DNA of 32,000 bases from Thermosulfurimonas dismutans (GCF_001652585.1 NZ_LWLG01000002.1:60001-92000); one strand, 5' to 3'; counted from the stretch's first letter, positions 1 to 9,578 are shown. Notes: generated by a model from the letters alone, not told the origin. Numbers and translations are program-made.

Positions 1-1077
1 TTCCTGAAACTGCTGAAGATGGTGGTAGCCCCCCTGATCTTTACCTCGGTATTTATAAGCCTCTTAAATCTGAAGAGTCTGAAAACCCTGGAACGGTTGG
101 GTCTTAGGACCATCATTTACTACCTTGCGACCACCTCCCTTTCGGTTCTAATAGGCCTCCTCCTGGTGAACCTCATCAAACCCTCGGCCGAGATAGGGGC
201 CAGCGAGATACCCGAATTAAAAACCATTTCCCTATCAGAGCTCTTCCTCGGGCTCTTTCCGGAAAATATCGTCAAGAGCTTCGCCCACACGGAGGTCATT
301 CCCATCATCTTCTTCGCTATGGTGTTGGCTCTTGCGGCTCTCAAAATAGGAGAAAAGGCCAGACCGTTGAACTTATTTTTCGGGGCCCTCAACGAGACTC
401 TTCTCACCCTCACTCGGGGCATCATCCGCCTGACACCGGCAGGAGTCTTCTTTCTGGTAGCTTCTTTGGTGGCCAAGGAAGGTCTCTCTCCACTCATATC
501 CCTCTGGGAATATGCCGGAACCGTAGTCCTGGGACTAGCCATCCATGGTTTGGTAACCCTGCCTTTTCTCCTTTATCTCTTCACCCGGACAAACCCCTGG
601 CGGTATTTCCTTGCCGTGCGGGAAGCTCCGCTTCTAGCCCTCTCCACGGCTTCGAGTTCGGCCACTCTGCCGGTAACCATTGAAGTTGCCGAGGAAAAAG
701 CCGGAGTAAAACCTGAGGTGGCAGGTTTCATCCTCCCCCTGGGGTCCACCGTCAATATGGACGGCACCGCCCTTTACGAGGCCGTAGCCGCCATGTTCAT
801 TGCCTACTCCTACGGTCTCAAACTCACGCTTTCTCAGCAGGTGGTTATCTTCTTGACTGCGGTTCTGGCCTCGGTGGGAGCTGCGGGTATTCCCAGTGCA
901 GGCCTGGTAACCATGACCTTAGTCCTTCAATCCGTGGGCCTTCCCCTTGAGGGCCTGGGGCTGATCTTGGCGGTGGATAGATTCTTGGATATGCTACGAA
1001 CTAGCATAAACGTTTGGGGAGACCTAGTGGGGGCTAAAATCATAGATTCCTGGTTGCCCAAGGAGGCCAAGCATTAA
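1..1077 (+). CDS. Dicarboxylate/amino acid:cation symporter (DAACS / GltP family), 5'-truncated by window edge
   Basis: Frame 1 is open from base 1 (FLKLLKMVVAPLIF...). Stop TAA at 1075-1077. Family signature motifs SSSATLP and NMDGTALYEA are present, with many hydrophobic TM segments. Confidence 0.85.
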   Translation, partial: FLKLLKMVVAPLIFTSVFISLLNLKSLKTLERLGLRTIIYYLATTSLSVLIGLLLVNLIKPSAEIGASEIPELKTISLSELFLGLFPENIVKSFAHTEVIPIIFFAMVLALAALKIGEKARPLNLFFGALNETLLTLTRGIIRLTPAGVFFLVASLVAKEGLSPLISLWEYAGTVVLGLAIHGLVTLPFLLYLFTRTNPWRYFLAVREAPLLALSTASSSATLPVTIEVAEEKAGVKPEVAGFILPLGSTVNMDGTALYEAVAAMFIAYSYGLKLTLSQQVVIFLTAVLASVGAAGIPSAGLVTMTLVLQSVGLPLEGLGLILAVDRFLDMLRTSINVWGDLVGAKIIDSWLPKEAKH

Positions 1078-1663
1078 CGCCTCTGAGAAAGAACGCCTGA
1101 TTCCGGATACCAGCATCTTCACCAATCCTGACGTTTATCACCAGCTGGGTGAAAGTCCCCCCGAAGCCTTTGAAAACTTCCTTCTCTTAGCGGCGGAGGC
1201 CGACGGACTCTCCGTTTATATGCCTTCTTCCATTTATGAGGAACTGAAAAAGATGGTAAAGGATCTTCACATCCCGCCCAGGGCCCGGGCCATTTTCAAG
1301 GTCAAATCCCCCCGAAAGTATGAACTCCAGATTCCGGCCTTCTTACTTTATGAATTCATCGAAGACCTGAGGAAAAGGATCAATAAAGGGCTCCGGGTGG
1401 CCGAAGAGGCCGTGAGGCTCAGTTCCGGAAAAAAACCAGGAGAGGTCATCAACATTCTTCGCCGAAAATATCGGGAGGCCCTCCGGGAGGGGATCGTAGA
1501 TAGCCGAGAGGACCTAGAGCTCATCTTGCTAGCCCTTGAGCTTGATGGCATAGTGCTTTCGGCAGACCGAGGAGTCCTTCTTATGGCGGACAAGCTTGGT
1601 ATCCGCTACATTCCCCCGAAGGAGATTCGGGAAACCCTCGAGGGTTTCCGGTACCTGGGTTAG
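1073..1663 (+). CDS. PIN-like metallonuclease of the HARP family (homologue of Aquifex RNase P, protein-only RNase P; formerly 'RNA ligase partner / UPF0278'). Start codon uncertain: ATT 1073 or CTG 1097
   Basis: The track ORF 1220-1663 begins at the first ATG. The same frame stays open back to 1046 and encodes ...ERLIPDTSIFTNPDVYHQLGESPPEAFENFLLLAAEADGLSVY-MPSSIYEEL. This is a typical PIN N-terminus with the first catalytic Asp ('DTS'). Downstream motifs INKGLRVAEE, LRRKYREALREGIVDSREDLELILLALELDGIVLSADRG match my memory of the Aq_880/HARP family (not verifiable here). AGGAGG at 1061-1066 lies 6 nt before ATT 1073. Confidence 0.65.
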   Translation: MNASEKERLIPDTSIFTNPDVYHQLGESPPEAFENFLLLAAEADGLSVYMPSSIYEELKKMVKDLHIPPRARAIFKVKSPRKYELQIPAFLLYEFIEDLRKRINKGLRVAEEAVRLSSGKKPGEVINILRRKYREALREGIVDSREDLELILLALELDGIVLSADRGVLLMADKLGIRYIPPKEIRETLEGFRYLG

Positions 1664-2784
1664 ATCGGACGCTCATCTAAAAGCGGGATTTCTTCCACTA
1701 GCTCTGTATAATCATCCAACCAGTAAGCTTGCGGATTCCGACGATAGACCAAAACCTTTCCGGTATCTTGATTACGAGCGGCCCGGTGAAACTTGAAAAT
1801 TACGTGCTCCCGAGTCATGGCCACTATCTCTATTTTCCCCATAGCATGAGACATCACGAAACGGGCCCTCTTGGCCACCCCGGAAACCCTGCCCCTAGCA
1901 GTTTCAAATATCTGGTATCCCCGCTCAATGGGGACGGCGTAGGGTTTATTGCCTACCGTAGGCCGACATTGAAAGACATAATACGGAGAAACCCCCATAG
2001 AAGCCAGTTGTCTGAAAAGCTCGGCCAAAACCCCCGGATCATCATTAACCCCTGAAATCATAGGACATTGATTGAGAATCTGAACCCCGGCCTTGAAAAG
2101 AAGATGGCAGGCTCGCACGGCCTCGGGGGTAATCTCTCTAGGATGATCGAAATGGGTGACCACATAGATACGTCTTTCAGGAAGACTATATTTCTTGAGA
2201 ACCTCAAGCAACTCGGGATCGTTGAGGATGCGTTCCGGCCAGTAGGAAAGGATTCTAGTTCCTAATCTAATAAACCTCACATGAGGGACCTTGGCGACCT
2301 CGGAGATGAGCTCCCGAAGTCTTGAAGTAGAGAGCATCAAGGCATCGCCACCGGAAAGAATGACGTTGGTGACTTCGGGATGGCCTCGCAAGTACTCTAC
2401 CAGGGCCTTTACATCCCGAAGACGTTCCTCCCTTTTCTCATCCGTCAAGAAGAGCCTCTTCCTGAAACAATATCGGCAGAGCCCAGCACATTTATTGGAA
2501 GCCAGAACCAGGACCGTGGAATCATATTTGTGCTGAACCCCCTCCATGACCGTATAATTAGCCTCATTGGACGGATCTACCCGCCCCCAAGGCTCAAGCT
2601 CTCCCTCATCGGGCACCACCACTCGACGCAAGGGATCAGAGGGATCATTAAAGTTAATGAGTCTCAAATAGTGAGAAGTACAAAAAAAGGGAAACTTTTC
2701 AGATACCCTCAAAAGCCTTTCCCTTTCCTCAACCGAGAGAGGTATCTCCTCCAAATCCTTTACGAACCTCACCCTATGGGGCAT
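1660..2784 (-). CDS. KamA-family radical SAM aminomutase (lysine 2,3-aminomutase / EpmB-like)
   Basis: CAGLCRYCFRKR (CxxxCxxC with the KamA-type RYCFR context) plus overall KamA-like N-terminal region. Start moved from TTG 2799 to ATG 2784, because GGAGGAGG (2790-2797) lies 5 nt upstream of that ATG. Confidence 0.85.
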   Translation of the reverse strand: MPHRVRFVKDLEEIPLSVEERERLLRVSEKFPFFCTSHYLRLINFNDPSDPLRRVVVPDEGELEPWGRVDPSNEANYTVMEGVQHKYDSTVLVLASNKCAGLCRYCFRKRLFLTDEKREERLRDVKALVEYLRGHPEVTNVILSGGDALMLSTSRLRELISEVAKVPHVRFIRLGTRILSYWPERILNDPELLEVLKKYSLPERRIYVVTHFDHPREITPEAVRACHLLFKAGVQILNQCPMISGVNDDPGVLAELFRQLASMGVSPYYVFQCRPTVGNKPYAVPIERGYQIFETARGRVSGVAKRARFVMSHAMGKIEIVAMTREHVIFKFHRAARNQDTGKVLVYRRNPQAYWLDDYTELVEEIPLLDERPI

Positions 2785-2844
2785 TACAACCTCCTCCAAG
2801 ATTTTTAAAGCAGAAATCGGACTATGAGGGACGATTTTAAACCT

Positions 2845-2872
2845 AAATTAATAGTTCTCTCTGCACTGTCAA
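2845..2872 (-). promoter_or_regulatory. Candidate sigma-70 promoter for the KamA-like gene: TTGACA-16 nt-TAATTT
   Basis: On the minus strand, TTGACA at 2872-2867 and TAATTT at 2850-2845, in the AT-rich 127-nt gap between the lptE stop and the KamA-like start. Confidence 0.35.
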
Positions 2873-2926
2873 GCCTTAGAAGGCTACAGATTTTTTAAAT
2901 TTGTAAAAAAATTTCGGAAATTTTTG

Positions 2927-3436
2927 TCAAAAAGAAGCGGTTATTTGGTGGTAGATGATGTCGGCCAAATCCTCGGATAGTTTGCGCAGGGCCTCCTCCT
3001 TTCCAGGATCAAGGACCCCTGAGGATGTCCCCTCCACGGGATAATTCTCATACCGGGAGAGGTTACGATTTTGCCAGATTATCTGTCCGTCCCTTGTCCG
3101 CATATCGACGGCCAGGGTTACGGAAACCCGCCGTTCTAGGGTTTCGGTGTAAGTATTGTAAGAAATCCCGCCTACGGAAAGGCTCTTGACCTCTCCGCCA
3201 ATTACGAGATCGGCTTTGGTAGGACTGGCGGCCAACTTTACAAAGCCACTTCGGGCAAATCTACGCCTCAAGGCCTCAGAGAGATAGACCCCTAGTTCGG
3301 TCTCCGCGGTTCGGTTCTTAAAGATTTCCACATAAAGGGTCTGCCACTCGGGCCTAAACCCGGGAGGCTTTTCTCTCAAACGATATCCACAGGCATTGAG
3401 AAAAAGGACAAGGATCAGAAAACTAGTTCGCCACAA
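2927..3436 (-). CDS. lptE: LPS-assembly lipoprotein LptE (RlpB-like)
   Basis: Lies immediately downstream of leuS, the conserved leuS-lptE synteny known from E. coli. Starting at TTG 3436 gives [16 protein letters not shown]|GYRLRE, a good lipoprotein signal with a lipobox Cys followed by the LptE-typical G-[YF]-x-L-R. The longest ORF (TTG 3490) would overlap leuS by 68 nt. Confidence 0.6.
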   Translation of the reverse strand: MWRTSFLILVLFLNACGYRLREKPPGFRPEWQTLYVEIFKNRTAETELGVYLSEALRRRFARSGFVKLAASPTKADLVIGGEVKSLSVGGISYNTYTETLERRVSVTLAVDMRTRDGQIIWQNRNLSRYENYPVEGTSSGVLDPGKEEALRKLSEDLADIIYHQITASF

Positions 3437-6014
3437 AATTGATGAGCCTCCCGGGCACAAAAACCACCTTGCGGATGGTCTTGCCCTCAAGGTGGCGCTT
3501 AACCTTGGAAGAAGAGAGGGCCAGTTCTCTTACCCTTTCTTCCGGAGTTCCAGCCGGTACCCGAAGCTGATCCCTGACCTTGCCATTCACCTGAACCACC
3601 ACCGTAATCTCCTCCTCCCGGGCTACCTCTTCACTCCATTCCGGCCACTCGGTCTCAGCAACCAGCCCCTTCTCGCCGAGCTTTTCCCAGAGTTCCTCGC
3701 AGATATGTGGCGTCATAGGGGAAAGCAACAACACTATTGCCCGCAGGGTTTCCTTCAAGACTTCATAAAAGCCTGGAGCCTCGGGAGAGGCCTTTTTCAA
3801 GGTATCTTCCAGATGATTCACCAACTCCATTATGGCCGCAATGGCGGTATTGAAGTGAAGCCTTTCTTCAAGATCCTGGGTGACCTTGCGAATGGTCTGG
3901 TGCGTTTTGCGCCTTAGAGCTTTGAGTTCCGAGGGCAAATCGTTTCCATCGCCGGAGTAGGGCTCAACCTCCCTTATCTTTTCCGACCATTCCGAAACCA
4001 AGTGGTAAAGCCTTTTCAGAAATCGAAAGGCCCCTTCAATGCCCTGGTCGCTCCACTCTAGATCCCTTTCCGGTGGGGCGGCAAAGAGCATGAAAAGCCT
4101 TACCGTATCCGCTCCGTAGCGCTTTATCATTTCATCCGGATCCACTACGTTGCACTTGCTCTTGGACATCTTCTCCGGCCGGCCCACGATCACCCTTTCT
4201 CCACACCCCTCCTTGAGACAGGTCCCGGACTCCGAGACCTCCTCTGGATAGAGCCAGCCGTGTCGGGGACATTTGTAGGGCTCTTTAATGACCATCCCCT
4301 GGGTAAGGAGCTTTTCGAAGGGTTCATCCAGGTGGAGATATCCCAGGTCCCTCAAGACCTTGGTAAAAAAGCGGGCGTAGAGGAGGTGCAGGATGGCGTG
4401 CTCGATGCCTCCAATATACTGATCTACCGGAAGCCAATAGTGAACCTTCTCGGAAACCAAAGGCTCTTTAGCATCGGGACAAGCAAAGCGGGCAAAATAC
4501 CAGGAGGACTCCACAAAGGTATCAAAGGTATCGGTCTCCCTCCGGGCGGGCCCTCCGCAGCGGGGACATTCGGTCTTCAGAAAACTTTCCAGTTTAGGCA
4601 GAGGAGAACGACCGGCTTCATCTATCTGGGCATTGAGAGGTAACTTTACCGGGAGGTTCTCGAGTTTCTCCGGCACGACGCCACAACGCTCGCAATAGAC
4701 CACCGGGATGGGGCAACCCCAATAACGTTGACGCGAAACCCCCCAGTCCCGAAGACGATAGCTAACCTTCTTCCGGCCAACTCCAATTTTTTCGAGGTGT
4801 TCCACAATGGCCCGTTTCCCTTCCTCACTCGGAAGACCGGTGAAAGGCCCGGAATTGACCATCACCCCTGGTTCCTCGTAGGCGGCTTCCATGGTCTCGG
4901 GATCAAGCTCCGCATCCTCGGGATTAATGACCACCTTTATCGGAAGCCCATACTTTCTGGCGAACTCGAAATCCCTCTGGTCATGGGCGGGAACCGCCAT
5001 GACCGCCCCGGTGCCGTATTCCATGAGCACGAAATTGGCGGCATAGATGGGCACCTTCTCGCCGGTCAAAGGATGAATGGCATAGGCTTCAAGAAAAAGC
5101 CCTTCCTTTTCGGCCAGACCTTCCTCGATCTCCCGTCGCGCACGCCTGGCCTTTTCCCTGAAAGCCAGAAGTTCTTCCTTTATCCCGGCCCTCTCGGCCA
5201 GGCGCTCGGCCAGGGGATGTTCCGGAGATAGGGAAACAAAGGTCACACCGTAAAGGGTGTCCGGTCGGGTGGTGAAGACCGTGATCTTTTCAGGAAGACC
5301 ATCCACCTCAAACTCGATCTCTGCGCCTTCGCTCTTTCCGATCCAGTTTCTCTGCATGACAAGGACCTTCTCCGGCCACTTTCCCTGGAGCTTTTCGAGA
5401 TCCCGCAGCAGTTCCTCGGCATAAGCCGTAATCCTGAAAAACCATCCTTCCATCTCTCTCTGGACAACTTCGGTCCCGCAGCGCCAGCAGGCTCCGTCCT
5501 CCACCTGTTCGTTGGCCAGTACGGTGTGACAGCTTGGACACCAATTGACCAGAGTCTTCTTCCGGTAAGCCAGCCCGCGCTCAAGCATTTCAATAAAGAA
5601 ACGCTGTTCGTGCCGATAGTATTCGTGGTCGCAAGTGGCAAATTCTCTGCTCCAGTCGTAGCTGAAACCCAGTCGCCGAAGTTGCCGTCGCATGTAATCT
5701 ATGTTGTCGTAAGTCCAGTCCGCGGGATGGACCCCGTGCTTGAGGGCCGCATTTTCTGCCGGAAGCCCGAAGGCATCCCAGCCCATGGGATGGAGCACGT
5801 TAAAGCCGCGCATCTTCTTATAGCGGGCAATAACATCCCCAATGGTGTAGTTTCGCACATGGCCCATGTGGATGCGCCCGGAGGGATAGGGAAACATCTC
5901 CAGGACATAGTATTTGGGCTTATCCGGGTCCTCTTTAACCCTGAAAACGCCTTTCTCCTCCCAGATCCGCTGCCACTTGATCTCTATTTCCTCGGGTTTG
6001 TAAACCTCGCCCAT
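3423..6014 (-). CDS. leuS: Leucine--tRNA ligase
   Basis: Class I motifs HMGHVRNY (HIGH) and KMSKSK (KMSKS), with CP1 and zinc-binding Cys clusters. Start set to ATG 6014 ([14 protein letters not shown], matching E. coli-like N-termini), with GGAGG 6 nt upstream. The track's TTG 6035 has no SD. Confidence 0.97.
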   Translation of the reverse strand: MGEVYKPEEIEIKWQRIWEEKGVFRVKEDPDKPKYYVLEMFPYPSGRIHMGHVRNYTIGDVIARYKKMRGFNVLHPMGWDAFGLPAENAALKHGVHPADWTYDNIDYMRRQLRRLGFSYDWSREFATCDHEYYRHEQRFFIEMLERGLAYRKKTLVNWCPSCHTVLANEQVEDGACWRCGTEVVQREMEGWFFRITAYAEELLRDLEKLQGKWPEKVLVMQRNWIGKSEGAEIEFEVDGLPEKITVFTTRPDTLYGVTFVSLSPEHPLAERLAERAGIKEELLAFREKARRARREIEEGLAEKEGLFLEAYAIHPLTGEKVPIYAANFVLMEYGTGAVMAVPAHDQRDFEFARKYGLPIKVVINPEDAELDPETMEAAYEEPGVMVNSGPFTGLPSEEGKRAIVEHLEKIGVGRKKVSYRLRDWGVSRQRYWGCPIPVVYCERCGVVPEKLENLPVKLPLNAQIDEAGRSPLPKLESFLKTECPRCGGPARRETDTFDTFVESSWYFARFACPDAKEPLVSEKVHYWLPVDQYIGGIEHAILHLLYARFFTKVLRDLGYLHLDEPFEKLLTQGMVIKEPYKCPRHGWLYPEEVSESGTCLKEGCGERVIVGRPEKMSKSKCNVVDPDEMIKRYGADTVRLFMLFAAPPERDLEWSDQGIEGAFRFLKRLYHLVSEWSEKIREVEPYSGDGNDLPSELKALRRKTHQTIRKVTQDLEERLHFNTAIAAIMELVNHLEDTLKKASPEAPGFYEVLKETLRAIVLLLSPMTPHICEELWEKLGEKGLVAETEWPEWSEEVAREEEITVVVQVNGKVRDQLRVPAGTPEERVRELALSSSKVKRHLEGKTIRKVVFVPGRLINFVAN

Positions 6015-6060
6015 AGCCGGCCTCCGCGCTTCCAAAATTTCCCGGTTTACACCGGTCTTG

Positions 6061-7284
6061 CTAGATATTTCGGATATTTTCGATCACGGCCTCGCCGAAT
6101 TCGGAACATTTGACCTCCTTGGCCCCTTCGATCTGACGGGCGAGGTCATAAGTGACCACCTTCTGCTGTACGGTCCGGGAAAGGCCCTCCCAGATAAGCT
6201 CCGCGGCCTCCCTCCACCCAAGATACTCAAGCATCATCATCCCAGAAAGAATAAGGGAACTGGGATTAACCTTGTCCTGGCCGGCATACTTTGGGGCTGA
6301 ACCGTGAGTGGCCTCAAAGACCGCATATCCGTCGCCGATATTGCCTCCTGGGGCCATGCCAAGCCCTCCCACCTGAGCCGCAAGCGCATCCGACATATAG
6401 TCTCCGTTCAGGTTGGGCATGGCAAGCACACTGTAGTCTTCGGGACGAAGGAGGGCCCATTGGAACATGGCATCCGCAATTCGATCTTTAATAACCACCA
6501 CCCCTTCGGGCACACCTTCGGGATACTTCTCGGCCACCTCGGACTCCGGCACGGTCTTTTCCGGAAACTCCTCCCTGGCAAGCTCATAGCCCCATTTGGC
6601 AAAGGCCCCTTCGGTAAACTTCATGATGTTGCCTTTATGCACCAGGGTCACGCTGGGTTTGCCCAGAGAAAGGGCATACTCGATAGCCTTTCTTACCAAT
6701 CGCTGTGTTCCAAAACGGCTTATGGGTTTGATCCCAATTCCAGAGTCCGGACGTATCTCTTTTCCGAATTCCTCCTTAATAAACTCAATCAGACGTTTGG
6801 CCTCTTTTGAGCCTGCCTCCCACTCTATCCCGGCATAGACATCCTCGGTGTTTTCCCGAAAGACCACCATATCCACCTTTTCGGGATGTTTTACCGGACT
6901 GGGAGTTCCCGGGACCCAACGCACCGGACGCACGCAGGCGTAAAGATCCAGCACCTGCCTGATGGTCACGTTGAGACTCCGAATCCCCCCTCCCACAGGC
7001 GTGGTGAGCGGCCCCTTAATGGCCACCACGTGTTCTTTTATGGCCTGAAGGGTCTCCTCCGGAAGATAGGAACCGGTGGCCTCTTTGGCCTTCTCTCCGG
7101 CCAGAACCTCCTTCCAGTGTATCCGACGGCGGCTTCCGTAAGCCTTTTCCACCGCCGCATCCAGAACCTTCTTCATCGCTGGCGTGATGTCCACCCCAAT
7201 ACCGTCGCCCTCGATATAAGGAATGATGGGCTCATCCGGAACCACCAGCGTGCCATCGGGATTGAGTTTTATCTTCTCCGCCAT
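6061..7284 (-). CDS. icd: NADP-dependent isocitrate dehydrogenase
   Basis: 407 aa with full-length similarity to prokaryotic homodimeric IDH (...[22 protein letters not shown]..., ...[16 protein letters not shown]...). AAGGAGG lies upstream of the ATG. Confidence 0.95.
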   Translation of the reverse strand: MAEKIKLNPDGTLVVPDEPIIPYIEGDGIGVDITPAMKKVLDAAVEKAYGSRRRIHWKEVLAGEKAKEATGSYLPEETLQAIKEHVVAIKGPLTTPVGGGIRSLNVTIRQVLDLYACVRPVRWVPGTPSPVKHPEKVDMVVFRENTEDVYAGIEWEAGSKEAKRLIEFIKEEFGKEIRPDSGIGIKPISRFGTQRLVRKAIEYALSLGKPSVTLVHKGNIMKFTEGAFAKWGYELAREEFPEKTVPESEVAEKYPEGVPEGVVVIKDRIADAMFQWALLRPEDYSVLAMPNLNGDYMSDALAAQVGGLGMAPGGNIGDGYAVFEATHGSAPKYAGQDKVNPSSLILSGMMMLEYLGWREAAELIWEGLSRTVQQKVVTYDLARQIEGAKEVKCSEFGEAVIENIRNI

Positions 7285-7383
7285 TCTTGCCTCCTTTGCT
7301 TTTTTGGCCTAATCCCCTACCCCAAAATCGGAATTTTTACAACATCTCTTTACGCTAATCCCTCTTGGAGCTAAACTTATCCT

Positions 7384-8055
7384 GTGAGAGATTTTATTAA
7401 ACTTTTGGGCACCTATCTAGAGTATCTACAGATTCTGGGGATAGATTCTTTGCCGGCCTTTCCTGAAGTCAAGAGTTTCCTTGAACTTGACCCTTTGGTC
7501 CCCGAAAGTCTTGAAGAGCTTGAAAGAGAAATCAAGGCCTGCCGTAAATGTCCCCTTCATCGCACCCGTACCCAGGCCGTACCCGGAGAAGGACCAACCC
7601 CTTGTGAGATCATGATTGTGGGGGAAGCCCCGGGACGAGAGGAAGATCTCGAAGGGCGTCCCTTCGTGGGAGCCGCCGGGAAACTCCTGGAAAAGATGCT
7701 TGCGGCCATCGAACTCAAACGCACCAGGATTTACATCACCAATGTGGTCAAGTGCCGTCCCCCTGGCAACCGCACTCCGGAAGAAGAAGAAATGAAGGCC
7801 TGTCGACCTTATCTCGCCCGACAGATCCGCCTGATAAAGCCTAAGGCCATTCTGGCCCTGGGGAGCGTGGCTGCTAGAAGTTTACTTCTTACCAGGGATC
7901 CCCTTTTAAAACTTAGGGGCCGGGTCCATATGCTTGAGGGTATAAAGGTGGTGCCTTCTTATCATCCGGCCTATTTATTGCGTAACCCCTCGGCTAAAAG
8001 AGCGGCCTGGGAAGACCTCAAACTTTTCCAAAGAGTCCTTAGAGAAGGAACATGA
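7384..8055 (+). CDS. Uracil-DNA glycosylase, family 4 (Fe-S type)
   Basis: CRKCPLH...GEAPGREEDLEGRPFVGAAG...NVVKCRPPGNRTP...HPAYLLRN motifs. GTG start without an obvious SD; the N-terminal extent is uncertain. Confidence 0.88.
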   Translation: MRDFIKLLGTYLEYLQILGIDSLPAFPEVKSFLELDPLVPESLEELEREIKACRKCPLHRTRTQAVPGEGPTPCEIMIVGEAPGREEDLEGRPFVGAAGKLLEKMLAAIELKRTRIYITNVVKCRPPGNRTPEEEEMKACRPYLARQIRLIKPKAILALGSVAARSLLLTRDPLLKLRGRVHMLEGIKVVPSYHPAYLLRNPSAKRAAWEDLKLFQRVLREGT

Positions 8056-9365
8056 AAAAACTCCCTTTTTCGATCCTGATTTTGATAGTTTTCCTTTCTT
8101 TAGGCTTAGCCACAGAGAAAAATTCTTCAAGAGCTCCTATTCTCTTGGTCAAGATAGATGACGTCATCACGCCGGTAACCACTGATTTCCTCCTCGGAAG
8201 TCTTGAAGAGGCCCAGCAAGGGAACTACCAGGCGGTCATCTGGCAGCTTGACACCCCTGGAGGTCTGGTAGAATCCACCCGCCAGATAGTAAAAGCCGTT
8301 CTGGCCTCTCCGGTTCCGGTGGTGGTTTACGTGGCCCCGGGCGGGGCCCGAGCAGCCTCTGCCGGTACCTTCATCGTCCTTTCCGCCCATATCGCAGCCA
8401 TGGCCCCTGGTACTCATTTAGGAGCGGCCCATCCGGTAACCCTTATCGGAGGGAAGATAGACAAAAAGACCGCCCAAAAAATCGAAAACGACCTCGCGGC
8501 CTGGGCCCGAAGTCTGGCCAGACTTCGGAAGCGTAATGAAAAGTTTGCTGAAGAGGCCGTAACCCAAAGTCGCACCCTCACCGCTGAAGAAGCCTTAAAA
8601 GCTAGAGTAATAGACTTTCTGGCCGAGGATCTGAAAAACCTTTTACAAAGCCTTGATGGCCAAAAAATAAAACTCGACCATCGAGAAGTGACCCTAAAGA
8701 CCACCGGGGTTACCATTTTGACCTACAAACAAGATCTGAAAACCCGAATTCTTAGCATTCTGGTCCACCCTCAAGTGGCCTATCTTCTTCTAATGCTTGG
8801 CCTGGCCGGAATCTATTTCGAGCTGTCCAATCCCGGGGCCCTCTTTCCCGGGATAATAGGGGCAATATGTCTGGTCATGGCTCTCTTTGCCCTGCACATT
8901 CTACCGGTAAACTACGCTGGTCTAATTCTCATCGTGCTCTCGGCTCTTCTCTATTTTCTCGAGATCAAGATTGCAAGTTATGGCCTTATAGCCTTGGCGG
9001 CCACGGTCTGTCTCCTGCTGGGTTCCCTCATGCTTTTCGGAGATTATCCACCACCCCTTGCAGTGCCCTATTCCTTCCTCATCCCGATAGTTTCGATTAT
9101 CGCCCTCTTCTTCCTAGTGGTAACCTATCTCGCAGCCAAGGCCCTCCATCGCCGGCCGGTCTCCGGTCCGGAAGGATTGCTGGGGAAAGAGGGATATACC
9201 ATATCGGAAGTAGGGCCCGAAGGCGGTCAAGTATTCATTGAAGGAGAAATTTGGCAAGCCTTCTCCGAAACCCCCATCCCTCCCAAGACGCCGATCAAGG
9301 TGCTCGTTCAGGAAGGCCTAAAACTGAAAGTCAAACCCTTAAGGCAAGAAAAATTTGGAATATAA
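8052..9365 (+). CDS. NfeD-family membrane-bound serine protease (ClpP-class N-domain, TM region, C-terminal OB-fold)
   Basis: Signal/TM N-terminus, ClpP/S49-like region (DTPGGLVEST...YVAPGGARAASAGTFI), four to five TM helices, and a C-terminal NfeD OB domain (GQVFIEGEIWQA). ATGA overlap with the udg stop. Confidence 0.85.
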   Translation: MKKLPFSILILIVFLSLGLATEKNSSRAPILLVKIDDVITPVTTDFLLGSLEEAQQGNYQAVIWQLDTPGGLVESTRQIVKAVLASPVPVVVYVAPGGARAASAGTFIVLSAHIAAMAPGTHLGAAHPVTLIGGKIDKKTAQKIENDLAAWARSLARLRKRNEKFAEEAVTQSRTLTAEEALKARVIDFLAEDLKNLLQSLDGQKIKLDHREVTLKTTGVTILTYKQDLKTRILSILVHPQVAYLLLMLGLAGIYFELSNPGALFPGIIGAICLVMALFALHILPVNYAGLILIVLSALLYFLEIKIASYGLIALAATVCLLLGSLMLFGDYPPPLAVPYSFLIPIVSIIALFFLVVTYLAAKALHRRPVSGPEGLLGKEGYTISEVGPEGGQVFIEGEIWQAFSETPIPPKTPIKVLVQEGLKLKVKPLRQEKFGI

Positions 9366-9369
9366 GGAA

Positions 9370-9390
9370 GCTAGCTTTATTAAAGCTAGC
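9370..9390 (+). terminator. Perfect 21-bp palindrome GCTAGCTTTA-T-TAAAGCTAGC. Candidate intrinsic terminator of udg-nfeD, or a dimeric-regulator operator
   Basis: Seen directly. 10-nt arms are exact reverse complements, starting 5 nt after the nfeD stop. The downstream tract (AGTATCTCTTTAAAAA) is only moderately T-rich. Confidence 0.35.
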
Positions 9391-9578
9391 AGTATCTCTT
9401 TAAAAAGGACAGTCTTGATAATTCATTCAAAAAATTATTGAATATAAGCATGGTAAAATAAAAAGGACAACGTTTCTCGTTAGTGCCCGGAAAGGTTGGA
9501 TACAGATATTCTATGGGAAAGAGAGGTCCCATTGCTTTGAGCTGGTAAAAATCAAGTCCTTACACCAAGGAGGAGCTT

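Noticed and set aside
2785-2799. Longest-ORF starts from the track: TTG 2799 (KamA-like), TTG 3490 (lptE), TTG 6035 (leuS), TTG 13531 (clpB), TTG 13735 (fliK), GTG 28977 (rpmI) and TTG 31473 (thrS)
   Set aside because: In each case a downstream start has a properly spaced GGAGG-type SD and/or reproduces the conserved homologue N-terminus. The upstream TTG/GTG either abuts the SD or lacks one.
3396-6113. Plus-strand ORFs antisense to leuS (3396-3917, 4260-4643, 4728-5231, 5526-6113)
   Set aside because: Shadow ORFs opposite a highly conserved aaRS gene. No motifs and no ribosome-binding sites.
9513-9548. 11-codon mini-ORF (MGKRGPIALSW*) upstream of nikR as a possible leader peptide
   Set aside because: No Shine-Dalgarno sequence, no regulatory codon bias (no His/Cys run for metal sensing), and no alternative terminator/antiterminator pairing seen.
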